DNA of 64,000 nucleotides from Flavobacteriaceae bacterium (GTDB taxonomy: Bacteria > Bacteroidota > Bacteroidia > Flavobacteriales > Flavobacteriaceae), in assembly GCA_038107695.1 (NCBI GenBank), contig JAYNHF010000004.1:8576-72575 (forward strand), written 5' to 3'. Under the pieces are notes generated by a model. The model was given only the letters and a program-made list of their open reading frames with translations, made no database searches and was not told where the DNA came from. The position numbers and the translations under genes are program-made. Below, piece by piece: positions 21,424-30,526 of the stretch (positions within the stretch are counted from its first letter, which is position 1; each line of letters opens with the position of its first letter).

Positions 21424-22723
21424 CGCAACGAACTAACCATTTATTTTCTGTAGTAGGAGTAGCCAAAAAACGTTGATCGGCTCTTTTACCAATGACCCAA
21501 ACGATGTCTTCTTCAGAGCACAACAGCCACTGGGATTCTTTATCCAAAAGGGAATACTTTTCATCTTTAAAATACTTACTCAATTTTTTCTTCCCTCCCA
21601 ATCCACTAGGGTAAAAATAATCACTTTGTTTCCATTTTCTAAGCGTTAAAGGAAACTTTAACTTTGACTTATCCAACAACAGCTTATTGCAATCCACTTC
21701 AACAAAAGATTTCTCTTCCGAAAAAATCAATTTTTTAGGAGTCTCAACACAGGAGTCCTGAGCATGGATCACGTATGAAATGGACTCAGAAAATTGAATC
21801 GGAGTTAACAAAAAACATTCCCGATCCTTGACCAGTCGGTGACTGTCAGAAAAAAGCTGTTTCCCGCTCTGAGAGCGTAACAATTGTTTGAGGTCACTTA
21901 TCTGTTTAAAACCATATGGAGCAAACAATGCATGCAAGCAGTAATCAGGAGAACCCAAATCCTCTAATGCCTTTACGGCTATTTTAAAACCCCCTTTATG
22001 TTTATGAAAATGATTTTTTTTGAAACCTTGAATCACTTCCTCCAATAAATTTTGTGCCTGAGTCAAATGTTGAAGTGTCTCTCTGAATTGCAAATCAAAA
22101 TTTGAAGCCTTTTCTTTCCACTTTGGAATTACATCATGTCGCAAAGCATTTCTCAAATAATCCGATTGAGCGTTGGAGGAATCCTCACGCCATAGGATCT
22201 TATTTTCCTCAGCATAATGCATGATTTCTTCTCGAGAAAAAGGCAATAATAATCGCAGTATTTTCCCGCGTCGTTCAGGGATTCCCAACAAACCTTTTAA
22301 TCCTGATCCACGCATAGCGTTGATCATAAAGGTCTCCAAAGCATCATCGCCATGATGAGCTAGCAGTATGAAGTCATATCCATAGTCTTGGGACAGCGAT
22401 TCAAACCATTCATAACGGAGATCCCTTGCCGCCATCTGAATCGATATCTTTTTCTCATCGGCATAGGTTCTAGTTTCGAACGTCTGAACATGACACTCTA
22501 ACTCCTTCTGTTGGGCCAAATTTTTGATCCAATCGGCATCGGCATCACTTTCTGAATCCCTCAATTGAAAATTACAATGAGCCACCGCCGGCGACAATCC
22601 TGATTTCAGACAAAGGTCCAACAAAACACAACTGTCCACTCCTCCACTCAAAGCCAACAATAATTTTGAATCTTTGAGTAAAACAGAATTTCCAGTCAAT
22701 ATCTTTTGAAATTCTTCAAACAT
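21416..22723 (-). CDS. tilS: tRNA(Ile)-lysidine synthase
   Basis: PP-loop 'LLLALSGGVDSCVLL' and 'LLAHHGDDALETF'. The start is placed at the 11th codon (MFEEFQKIL...); the ORF track extends to 22753. Its stop overlaps the dsbD start by 8 nt. Confidence 0.85.
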   Translation of the reverse strand: MFEEFQKILTGNSVLLKDSKLLLALSGGVDSCVLLDLCLKSGLSPAVAHCNFQLRDSESDADADWIKNLAQQKELECHVQTFETRTYADEKKISIQMAARDLRYEWFESLSQDYGYDFILLAHHGDDALETFMINAMRGSGLKGLLGIPERRGKILRLLLPFSREEIMHYAEENKILWREDSSNAQSDYLRNALRHDVIPKWKEKASNFDLQFRETLQHLTQAQNLLEEVIQGFKKNHFHKHKGGFKIAVKALEDLGSPDYCLHALFAPYGFKQISDLKQLLRSQSGKQLFSDSHRLVKDRECFLLTPIQFSESISYVIHAQDSCVETPKKLIFSEEKSFVEVDCNKLLLDKSKLKFPLTLRKWKQSDYFYPSGLGGKKKLSKYFKDEKYSLLDKESQWLLCSEEDIVWVIGKRADQRFLATPTTENKWLVRCDD

Positions 22724-22883
22724 GCACAAAATTAACAATTTTGTTACTGCCATTTTCCATTACAAAGCCGAGAAAACGATTTCCATCGATCACCTAAACA
22801 AATACATCATTAAAATTTTGATTTTTTGATTAAGAACTTGTTTGTAAAAAACATCCCTAAAAATTTAAATGTTTTTCATTGAT

Positions 22884-22914
22884 TTTGCCAAAAAAAATAA
22901 AATTCAGATATTTG
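22884..22914 (+). promoter_or_regulatory. candidate Bacteroidota-type promoter for the arg leader/operon (-33 TTTG, -7 GAtaTTTG)
   Basis: TTTG at 22884-22887, a 19-nt spacer, then GATATTTG at 22907-22914. This is one mismatch from the TAnnTTTG -7 consensus. It lies in an AT-rich intergenic region. Confidence 0.3.
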
Positions 22915-22922
22915 CAACTCAA

Positions 22923-23000
22923 ATGAAAGATGCAACGACATACACCTTGGGAATTGCCACTGTTTACAGCCTGGCCCCACTTCGTCCACGCCGCCCCTAG
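22923..23000 (+). promoter_or_regulatory. candidate leader-peptide ORF (25 codons, MKDATTYTLGIATVYSLAPLRPRRP) with three Arg codons near the stop
   Basis: Translated by hand: atg aaa gat gca acg aca tac acc ttg gga att gcc act gtt tac agc ctg gcc cca ctt cgt cca cgc cgc ccc tag. It is a locally GC-rich island 94 nt upstream of the first arg-operon gene. It falls below the 60-aa cutoff of the ORF track. Confidence 0.4.
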
Positions 23001-23093
23001 CGGGTACATTTCTCTCTATGAGACTCAGGTGCGTCCAGTCTCTTCTTACAAAAACTACAACCTATTTTTTCAATCTAATAAAATTTGTCAATA

Positions 23094-23618
23094 ATGGAAT
23101 TGATTATTGCCAATTCTAAACATATCGTTCACGCCCAAGACATAAGTACCTGTATTGGGGAGTCCGCCAAAATGCGAGGCACAGGTATTGCAAGAAGAAG
23201 TCCACAATACATCAGTAAAAAGATGGAAGCAGGAAATGCTGTAATCGCTTTGGAGGATAATAAATTTGCAGGCTTTTGCTACATCGAAATTTGGGGGCAT
23301 GGAAAATACGTCGCCCATTCTGGATTGATTGTCTCTCCCGATCACAGAGGAAAAGGACTCGCCAAAAAAATAAAGCAAAAGGTTTTCGACCTATCATTAG
23401 AAAAGTTTCCCGATGCCAAAATTTTTGGCATTACTACTGGAAAAGCTGTAATGCGAATCAATTATGAATTGGGTTATCAACCCGTTGCTTTCTCAGAATT
23501 AACCGATGACCCAGAATTTTGGAAAGGCTGTCAAACCTGCAAAAATTACGATGTACTCACCAGAACCGAAAGAAGCATGTGCCTTTGTACGGGAATGTTA
23601 CATGATCCTAAACAATAA
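23094..23618 (+). CDS. GNAT family acyltransferase at the head of the arg operon (possible N-acyl-glutamate synthase)
   Basis: GNAT core 'VSPDHRGKGLAKKI' (Q/RxxGxG/A-like acyl-CoA loop). First gene of the arg cluster. The ORF track starts at TTG 23085; the first ATG is at 23094. Confidence 0.7.
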   Translation: MELIIANSKHIVHAQDISTCIGESAKMRGTGIARRSPQYISKKMEAGNAVIALEDNKFAGFCYIEIWGHGKYVAHSGLIVSPDHRGKGLAKKIKQKVFDLSLEKFPDAKIFGITTGKAVMRINYELGYQPVAFSELTDDPEFWKGCQTCKNYDVLTRTERSMCLCTGMLHDPKQ

Positions 23619-23636
23619 ATATAGTAAACAATAATA

Positions 23637-24827
23637 ATGAAACATAAAAAATTAGTATTGGCATACAGTGGTGGGTTAGATACCTCCTACTGTCTGATGA
23701 AACTCTCACAAGAAGGTTATGAGGTTCATGCCATTAGTGTCAATACAGGAGGTTTCGACCCCGCCGAAGTGGAGCAAATGAAAACCAAAGCCATGCAAAT
23801 GGGAGCGCATACCTTTCAATCCATTAACGCTTTAGAAACTTTTTACCAGAAGGTTGTCAAATATTTGGTTTATGGCAATGTACTCAAAAACAACACCTAC
23901 CCCCTATCGGTGAGTGCAGAGCGAATTGTTCAAGCCATGGAAATTGGAGCCTATGCCAAAAAAATTGGAGCAGATGCCATAGCACACGGAAGTACTGGAG
24001 CGGGAAACGATCAGGTAAGATTTGATCTGATCTTTCAGGTTATGGTACCAGAGATTGAGATCATAACTCCCATCAGAGATCAACAACTTTCCAGAGAGAC
24101 AGAAATTGCCTTCCTCAAAGAAAACGGAATCGATCTTTCTTGGGAAAAAGCTCAATACTCAATCAACCAAGGCCTTTGGGGAACCAGTGTGGGTGGCAAA
24201 GAAACTTTAACCTCTCACGATAGCCTCCCCGAGTCGGCTTACCCAAGTCAAATAGAAAAACAAGATGCTGAAAAAGTAAGTTTACATTTTGAAAAAGGGG
24301 AATTAACAGCAATTGATGGGATCAAAGACCGGGCCGTCAATAATATCATCAAGCTTCAAGACCAAGCCAAAAAGTTTGGTATTGGACGAGATATCCATGT
24401 AGGGGATACCATCATTGGTATTAAAGGACGAGTAGGTTTTGAGGCAGCGGCTCCTCTTTTAATTATCAAAGCCCACCACCTATTGGAAAAACATACCTTA
24501 AGCAAATGGCAGCAATTCCAGAAGGAACAGCTGGCCAATTTCTATGGAATGTTACTCCACGAAGGACAGTACTTGGACCCTGTCATGCGAGATTTGGAGG
24601 CTTTCTTGGGGAACAGTCAGCAAATGGTAAGCGGAAAAGTATTTGTCACCCTTCATCCATACAGGTTTGAATTGAACGGTATTGAGTCGGATCACGATCT
24701 AATGAACGCCTCCTTTGGTAGTTATGGCGAGGTCAACAAAGGTTGGACTGCGGAAGATGCCAAAGGGTTTATTAAATTATTATCCAACCAAAACAAAATT
24801 TACGAACACGTAAATCATCAAAAATGA
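23637..24827 (+). CDS. argG: argininosuccinate synthase
   Basis: 'LAYSGGLDTS' ATP-binding motif and 'AHGSTGAGNDQVRF'. 396 aa. Confidence 0.95.
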   Translation: MKHKKLVLAYSGGLDTSYCLMKLSQEGYEVHAISVNTGGFDPAEVEQMKTKAMQMGAHTFQSINALETFYQKVVKYLVYGNVLKNNTYPLSVSAERIVQAMEIGAYAKKIGADAIAHGSTGAGNDQVRFDLIFQVMVPEIEIITPIRDQQLSRETEIAFLKENGIDLSWEKAQYSINQGLWGTSVGGKETLTSHDSLPESAYPSQIEKQDAEKVSLHFEKGELTAIDGIKDRAVNNIIKLQDQAKKFGIGRDIHVGDTIIGIKGRVGFEAAAPLLIIKAHHLLEKHTLSKWQQFQKEQLANFYGMLLHEGQYLDPVMRDLEAFLGNSQQMVSGKVFVTLHPYRFELNGIESDHDLMNASFGSYGEVNKGWTAEDAKGFIKLLSNQNKIYEHVNHQK

Positions 24828-25783
24828 AAAAAGTAGGCATTATTGGAGGATCAGGATATACTGGAGGAGAATTGATACGATTGGTATTGCATCACCCTGC
24901 TCTTGAACTTGATTTTGTGTACAGCACTACCCGTCCGGGTACTCCGCTTCACGATACCCATGCAGATTTACTGGGTGCTGAAACCCCAGATTTTACTGCA
25001 ATTGTAAATCCTGAGGTAGATGTGGTTTTCTTGTGTGTTGGTCATGGAAAATCGGTTGGTTTTCTCGAAGAGCATCAATTCTCTAAAAAAACAGTTATCA
25101 TTGACTTGAGTAATGATTTTAGGTTGAAAAAAGACGCTCAATTTCAAGCATATGATTTTGTTTATGGCCTGCCTGAAAACCAAAAGTCGAACATCGAAGA
25201 CACCAATGCTGTTGCTAATCCTGGATGTTTTGCAACTGCCATTCAGTTGGCTCTATTACCATTGGCGAAGGAGAATTTGATTCAGGAAGCAGTACATGTA
25301 AATGCCACAACTGGGAGTACCGGTGCCGGTGTTGGCTTGAGTCCTACTGGACATTTCAGCTGGAGAAACAACAATGTCTCTTGGTACAAACCTTTTACCC
25401 ATCAACATTTGGGTGAAATAGGCGAAACTTTGGGACATCCCAAAATGTATTTTCTCCCTCAAAGAGGAAATTTTACAAGGGGAATCTTTGCCAGTTGTTA
25501 CACTCCTTTCGAGGGTAAACTCGATCAGGCCGTTGAACTGTACAAAGAATTTTACAAATATCATCCGTTTACTCATGTTTCGGATAAGGAACTCACCTTA
25601 AAGCAAGTGGTCAATACCAACCATTGCGCCATTCATCTCCACCGATATGAAGACCAATTGTTGATTACATCGGTCATTGATAACTTACTAAAAGGTGCCT
25701 CAGGTCAAGCCATTCAAAATTTAAATCTCATCATGGGATGGGAAGAGGATTTGGGATTACAACTCAAAGCAAGTGCGTTTTAA
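24824..25783 (+). CDS. argC: N-acyl-gamma-glutamyl-phosphate reductase
   Basis: 'VGIIGGSGYTGGELIRLL', the catalytic Cys region 'ANPGCFATAIQLAL' and 'DNLLKGASGQAIQN'. ATGA overlap with the argG stop. Confidence 0.93.
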   Translation: MKKVGIIGGSGYTGGELIRLVLHHPALELDFVYSTTRPGTPLHDTHADLLGAETPDFTAIVNPEVDVVFLCVGHGKSVGFLEEHQFSKKTVIIDLSNDFRLKKDAQFQAYDFVYGLPENQKSNIEDTNAVANPGCFATAIQLALLPLAKENLIQEAVHVNATTGSTGAGVGLSPTGHFSWRNNNVSWYKPFTHQHLGEIGETLGHPKMYFLPQRGNFTRGIFASCYTPFEGKLDQAVELYKEFYKYHPFTHVSDKELTLKQVVNTNHCAIHLHRYEDQLLITSVIDNLLKGASGQAIQNLNLIMGWEEDLGLQLKASAF

Positions 25784-25801
25784 AATTTAAAAAAAAATAA
25801 A

Positions 25802-26596
25802 ATGAAAATAGCCATTATCGGATCAGGAAACTTAGGATTGAGTATTGCCAAGGGCTTGGTGTACAATAACACCTACACTTCGCTTTATCTGACCAAAAGG
25901 GACCTAAGTCAAATCAAAAAATGGGAAGAATACAACAATGTAAAAATCAGTACCGACAACCGAGAAGCGGTCAAAAACTCAGACATAGTCATCTTCACGG
26001 TTCAGCCTGGGCAATTTGATGGCATTTTAGAGGATATCAAAGGAGTCTTGACTGACAAACATGTACTGATTTCTGCCATCACGGGCTACAGTATTCAACG
26101 GATGGAAGAAAAATTGGAGGGAGATTACCCCATCATAAGAAGCATGCCCAATACAGCCATTTCTGTTGGTAAATCCATGACCTGTTTGTGTAGTAATAAG
26201 AGTGGGGAAAAAAGAATAGCGATTGCTGAGGCTATTTTTAATGGTTTGGGAACCACGATCAAAATTGCAGAGAAACAGATGCAAGCTGCGACGGTGATAT
26301 GTGCCAGCGGAATTGCTTTTTGGATGAGGTTGATCCGTGCGACCACACAAGGTGGCGTTCAAATGGGCTTTGACGCAGATGAATCCATGAGAATGTCAAT
26401 GAATACCGCCTTAGGTGCTGCAAGTTTGCTAATCGAAACGGACTCCCATCCCGAAACAGAAATCGATAAGGTAACTACACCCCAAGGGTGTACCATTACA
26501 GGGTTGAACGAAATGGAACATCAGGGACTAAGCTCCTCATTGATCAAAGGCTTGATGGCATCATTTGAGAAGATTAATGAAATAAAAATGCAATAA
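25802..26596 (+). CDS. proC: pyrroline-5-carboxylate reductase
   Basis: 'IAIIGSGNLGLSIAKGL' Rossmann motif and a C-terminal 'VTTPQGCTITGL' P5CR signature-like segment. Confidence 0.88.
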   Translation: MKIAIIGSGNLGLSIAKGLVYNNTYTSLYLTKRDLSQIKKWEEYNNVKISTDNREAVKNSDIVIFTVQPGQFDGILEDIKGVLTDKHVLISAITGYSIQRMEEKLEGDYPIIRSMPNTAISVGKSMTCLCSNKSGEKRIAIAEAIFNGLGTTIKIAEKQMQAATVICASGIAFWMRLIRATTQGGVQMGFDADESMRMSMNTALGAASLLIETDSHPETEIDKVTTPQGCTITGLNEMEHQGLSSSLIKGLMASFEKINEIKMQ

Positions 26597-26635
26597 TCCC
26601 CTGTGAAAAATTGGAAATTAATAAAAGAATAACCC

Positions 26636-27757
26636 ATGAAGCTATTTGACGTTTATCCACTCTATGAAGTGTGTCCGGTCAAGGCCAAGGATGTTTATGT
26701 TTACGACAAATCGGGAAATGAATTTTTGGATTTGTACGGGGGGCATGCGGTCATATCAATAGGGCACAGCCACCCCCATTATGTGGATCGATTGCAAGAA
26801 CAATTGAACAAAATTGCATTTTATTCCAATGCAGTAGAAAACCCGCTACAACAGCAATTGGCTGACGAAATAGGAGAACAATCCTGCTTGCACGATTATC
26901 AACTTTTTTTGTGCAGCTCTGGGGCAGAAGCCAATGAAAACGCTCTCAAACTCGCCTCTTTTTATACGGGCAAAAAGAGAGTATTGGCCTTTAAGAATGC
27001 TTTCCACGGAAGGACTTCTGCTGCAGTAGCAGTCACAGACAATCCCGGGATCAACGCTCCCCTCAATCAACAACAAGAGGTGACATTTATTCCTTTTAAT
27101 GATCCTGAAACCTTGGAGGAGGAATTGCAAAAGGAAGATGTTTGTGCTGTTATATTTGAACCCATTCAAGGGGTAGGAGGACTCGATATGCCCGAAGATG
27201 ATTTTGTAATCAAAATGGAGCAATTGTGTACCAAGTATGGTACTGCTCTGATTGCAGATGAAGTCCAGTCTGGCTTTTCCAGATCAGGAACCTTTTTTGC
27301 TTTTCAAAAAAACAATATCAAACCCCATGTGATCACAATGGCCAAAGGAATGGGAAATGGCTTTCCTGTTGGAGGTATATTGGTTCATCCTGATGTCAAG
27401 CCCAAATACGGTATGCTCGGTACCACTTTTGGGGGTAACCACCTTGCTTGTACTGCCTCTTTGGCTGTTTTGGAAGTTTTAAAAAAGGACCAACTCCAAC
27501 AACACGCCAAAGAAATGGAAAACTATTTTAGAAGCAAAGCCAAAAAAATTGAAGGAGTAATAATAAAAGGGCGTGGACTCATGCTCGGCCTAGAATTTGA
27601 CTTTGAAGTAGGCCCCTTGAGAAAAAGGCTCATCTATGAAAAAAATATTTTTACTGGAGGAAGTAGCAACAAAAACGTACTGCGAATTTTACCTCCGTTG
27701 ACCGTTCAAAAGATTCATTTCGATCAACTTTTTGACGCATTAGAAGATTTACTATGA
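26636..27757 (+). CDS. argD: acetyl/succinyl-ornithine aminotransferase (class III PLP aminotransferase)
   Basis: 'CSSGAEANENALKLA', 'LIADEVQSGFSRSG' and PLP-Lys region 'ITMAKGMGNGFPVG'. Confidence 0.88.
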   Translation: MKLFDVYPLYEVCPVKAKDVYVYDKSGNEFLDLYGGHAVISIGHSHPHYVDRLQEQLNKIAFYSNAVENPLQQQLADEIGEQSCLHDYQLFLCSSGAEANENALKLASFYTGKKRVLAFKNAFHGRTSAAVAVTDNPGINAPLNQQQEVTFIPFNDPETLEEELQKEDVCAVIFEPIQGVGGLDMPEDDFVIKMEQLCTKYGTALIADEVQSGFSRSGTFFAFQKNNIKPHVITMAKGMGNGFPVGGILVHPDVKPKYGMLGTTFGGNHLACTASLAVLEVLKKDQLQQHAKEMENYFRSKAKKIEGVIIKGRGLMLGLEFDFEVGPLRKRLIYEKNIFTGGSSNKNVLRILPPLTVQKIHFDQLFDALEDLL

Positions 27758-28701
27758 AAGATTTTATCACCTTAGCCGACCTGCCTGATTTTAACCAAAC
27801 CTTGGATTTGGCGATGAAGCTAAAAAGTCAACCTACACAATGGGATGCTTTGGGAAAAGGCAAAACCCTTGGACTTTTATTTTTCAATCCAAGTCTAAGA
27901 ACCCGATTGAGTACCCAAAAAGCCGCTCAAAATTTGGGACTTCCCACCATGGTTATGAATTTTAGCCAAGAATCGTGGGCATTAGAGTTTGATGACGGTA
28001 CCAAGATGAGTGGATTAAGGTCAGAACATGTCAAAGAAGCAGCTGCGGTAGTTTCTCAATATTGTGATATGGTAGCCATCAGGGCATTTGCTTCTCTTTC
28101 GGATAAGGATAAAGATGAAGCAGAAATAGTATTGAGAAGTTTTGCAAAATATGCCACTGTGCCCATCATCAACATGGAAAGTGCTACTGCCCATCCCCTG
28201 CAAGCTTTGGCCGATGCTATTACACTCAAAGAACATCCTACCTCCCACAAACCCAAGGTGGTATTGAGTTGGGCTCCCCACCCCAAAGCGCTACCCCATG
28301 CAGTAGGTAATTCCTTTGTGAAAATGATGGGACAAATTGATGCCGATTTTGTAATCGCCCACCCTGAGGGTTATGCGCTAAGTCCAAAAGTTACTAATGG
28401 AGTAAAACAAACCACTGATCAAGAGGAAGCATTGAAAGGTGCAGATTTTGTTTATGCCAAAAACTGGTGTTCTTATGAGCAATACGGTCAAATCCTGAGA
28501 ACAGACGAACAATGGATGATCACTGCTGAGAAAATGAAACTTACCAACAACGGAAAGTTCATGCATTGCCTGCCCATCCGAAGAAATATTGTGGCAAGCG
28601 ATGGCGTTTTGGACAGTCCCAATTCTCTGGTGATTCAGCAATCCAAAAATAGAATTTTTTCAGCTCAAGCTGTTCTAAAACAACTGTTGGAAAATGGATA
28701 A
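27754..28701 (+). CDS. argF': N-acyl-L-ornithine carbamoyltransferase (ArgF'-type; N-succinyl- or N-acetyl-ornithine specific)
   Basis: Carbamoyl-phosphate motif 'FFNPSLRTRLSTQKAA' and 'HCLPIRRN'. The overall sequence resembles the Bacteroides/Xanthomonas ArgF' class rather than classical OTCase (no 'SMG'/'HCLPA' context). ATGA overlap with argD. Confidence 0.85.
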   Translation: MKDFITLADLPDFNQTLDLAMKLKSQPTQWDALGKGKTLGLLFFNPSLRTRLSTQKAAQNLGLPTMVMNFSQESWALEFDDGTKMSGLRSEHVKEAAAVVSQYCDMVAIRAFASLSDKDKDEAEIVLRSFAKYATVPIINMESATAHPLQALADAITLKEHPTSHKPKVVLSWAPHPKALPHAVGNSFVKMMGQIDADFVIAHPEGYALSPKVTNGVKQTTDQEEALKGADFVYAKNWCSYEQYGQILRTDEQWMITAEKMKLTNNGKFMHCLPIRRNIVASDGVLDSPNSLVIQQSKNRIFSAQAVLKQLLENG

Positions 28702-29476
28702 ATTATCAGTGGTCAAAATTGGTGGAAATGTAATTGAGGATAAGATCAAACTAGCGTCTTTTCTCAATAATTTCAGTCAAATGCAAGGGCTCAAAATATT
28801 GGTACATGGAGGAGGTAAAAAAGCTACTGAAATGGCAAACCAACTCGATGTTCCAGTAAAAATGGTCGATGGCAGAAGAATTACAGACCTTCAAAATCTC
28901 GACATCATTACGATGCTCTATGCAGGGAAGATCAACAAACAGATCGTTGCACAATTACAGTCTTTGGGCAATAATTCCCTAGGCTTGTCAGGTACTGATG
29001 GTAATTCTATCCAGGCCATTAAAAGACCCGTTAAAGAAATTGATTTCGGTTTTGTTGGAGATGTGGTCGGTGTTAATACATCCTTATTTCAGTTGCTGCT
29101 AGAAAATGGATTTACTCCTGTTTGTTGTGCGATTACCCACGACCAAAAGGGACAATTACTCAATACCAATGCAGATACCATAGCAGCAGCATTGGCTCAA
29201 GCTTTATCTCAGTACTTTGAGGTATCTTTGTGGTATTGTTTTGAAAAATTAGGTGTTTTGGAAAACATTGAAGACAATGACAGCATTGTCGAAATCATCA
29301 CCCCCAATCAATATCAAAACCTCAAATCGCAAAATATCATTCACTCAGGAATGATCCCCAAAATCGATAATTGTTTTGAGGCCTTAAATAATGGAGTGAC
29401 TCAGGTAAAAATTGGTTCTCCAGAAATGATTACAGGAAATATTCAACATACCACTTTAATACAGGAGAATGAATGA
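28694..29476 (+). CDS. argB: N-acyl-glutamate kinase
   Basis: 'VVKIGGNVI', 'ILVHGGGK' and 'LNTNADTIAAALA' are amino-acid kinase family motifs. 8-nt overlap with argF'. Confidence 0.88.
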   Translation: MDKLSVVKIGGNVIEDKIKLASFLNNFSQMQGLKILVHGGGKKATEMANQLDVPVKMVDGRRITDLQNLDIITMLYAGKINKQIVAQLQSLGNNSLGLSGTDGNSIQAIKRPVKEIDFGFVGDVVGVNTSLFQLLLENGFTPVCCAITHDQKGQLLNTNADTIAAALAQALSQYFEVSLWYCFEKLGVLENIEDNDSIVEIITPNQYQNLKSQNIIHSGMIPKIDNCFEALNNGVTQVKIGSPEMITGNIQHTTLIQENE

Positions 29477-30524
29477 GCTAATCACAGCAGCGATTGATTT
29501 ATTAAAGGACTTGATTGCTACACCCTCTTTTTCGGAAGAGGAGGACAAGACAGCAGATAGAATCGGACAATGGTTTGATCATTACGGGATTCCTTATCAG
29601 CGAAATGGAAACAATCTATGGGCTCAAAATAAAGCTTTTGATATAGATAAACCCACTCTTTTGCTGAATTCTCATCACGACACAGTTCAACCCAACTCGG
29701 CCTACACCAGAGACCCCTTTGAGGCTGTAGTTGAAAATGGAAAACTATTCGGATTGGGAAGCAATGATGCTGGTGGTGCATTGGTGTCTCTAATGGCCTT
29801 GTTTACACACTACTATGCTGCCGAAAATCCAAAATACAATTTGGTGATGGCAGCTACTGCCGAGGAAGAAATTGCAGGACAGAAAAGCTTGAGAGGTTTG
29901 TTGCCTCAACTGCCTCATATCGATGTTGCCATCGTAGGTGAACCCACAGAAATGCATCTGGCTGTGGCAGAGAAAGGGCTACTTGTTTTTGATGCAGTCA
30001 TAAAAGGAACTCCTGGACATGCAGCCCATCCCAATGACGATAATCCCATAATGAAATTACCAAAAGTTTTAGAGTGGTTTGAAAATTTTTCGTTGGATAA
30101 GATTTCTGATACTTTAGGCCCTGTCAAGGTCACTGTTACTCAAGTTGCGGCAGGAAAAGAACACAATGTGGTTCCCGCAAGTGTTCATTTGGTAGTTGAT
30201 GTTAGGGTTAATGACCAATACACCAATGAAGAATTGGTAAAAGTGCTTACGGAGGCCGCTCCATGCGAAATGACTCCACGATCCTTGCACCTAAACTCCT
30301 CCTCTATTACGATGGAGCACGAATTGGTACAAGCTGGTATGGCTTTGGGAAGAAAAACCTATGGATCTCCTACCCTATCAGATCAAGCTGCACTGCAGTG
30401 TCCCTCGTTGAAAATGGGCCCCGGACTGTCAACCAGATCGCACTCCGCTAATGAATTTATTTTTGTGGATGAAATTGAGGAGGCCATAAAAATTTACATT
30501 GAACTCTTAGGAAAAATAATTTAG
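29469..30524 (+). CDS. argE: M20-family N-acyl-ornithine deacylase (ArgE-like)
   Basis: M20 motifs 'LNSHHDTV', 'GSNDAGGALV', 'ATAEEE' and 'GHAAHP'. 8-nt overlap with argB. Confidence 0.8.
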   Translation: MNELITAAIDLLKDLIATPSFSEEEDKTADRIGQWFDHYGIPYQRNGNNLWAQNKAFDIDKPTLLLNSHHDTVQPNSAYTRDPFEAVVENGKLFGLGSNDAGGALVSLMALFTHYYAAENPKYNLVMAATAEEEIAGQKSLRGLLPQLPHIDVAIVGEPTEMHLAVAEKGLLVFDAVIKGTPGHAAHPNDDNPIMKLPKVLEWFENFSLDKISDTLGPVKVTVTQVAAGKEHNVVPASVHLVVDVRVNDQYTNEELVKVLTEAAPCEMTPRSLHLNSSSITMEHELVQAGMALGRKTYGSPTLSDQAALQCPSLKMGPGLSTRSHSANEFIFVDEIEEAIKIYIELLGKII

Positions 30525-30526
30525 TC

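Noticed and set aside
22861-22885. AATG-N5-CATT short palindrome upstream of the arg promoter as a possible ARG box
   Set aside because: It has only 4-bp arms in very AT-rich sequence and resembles the TGAAT-N4-ATTCA type ARG box poorly. It is too weak to call.
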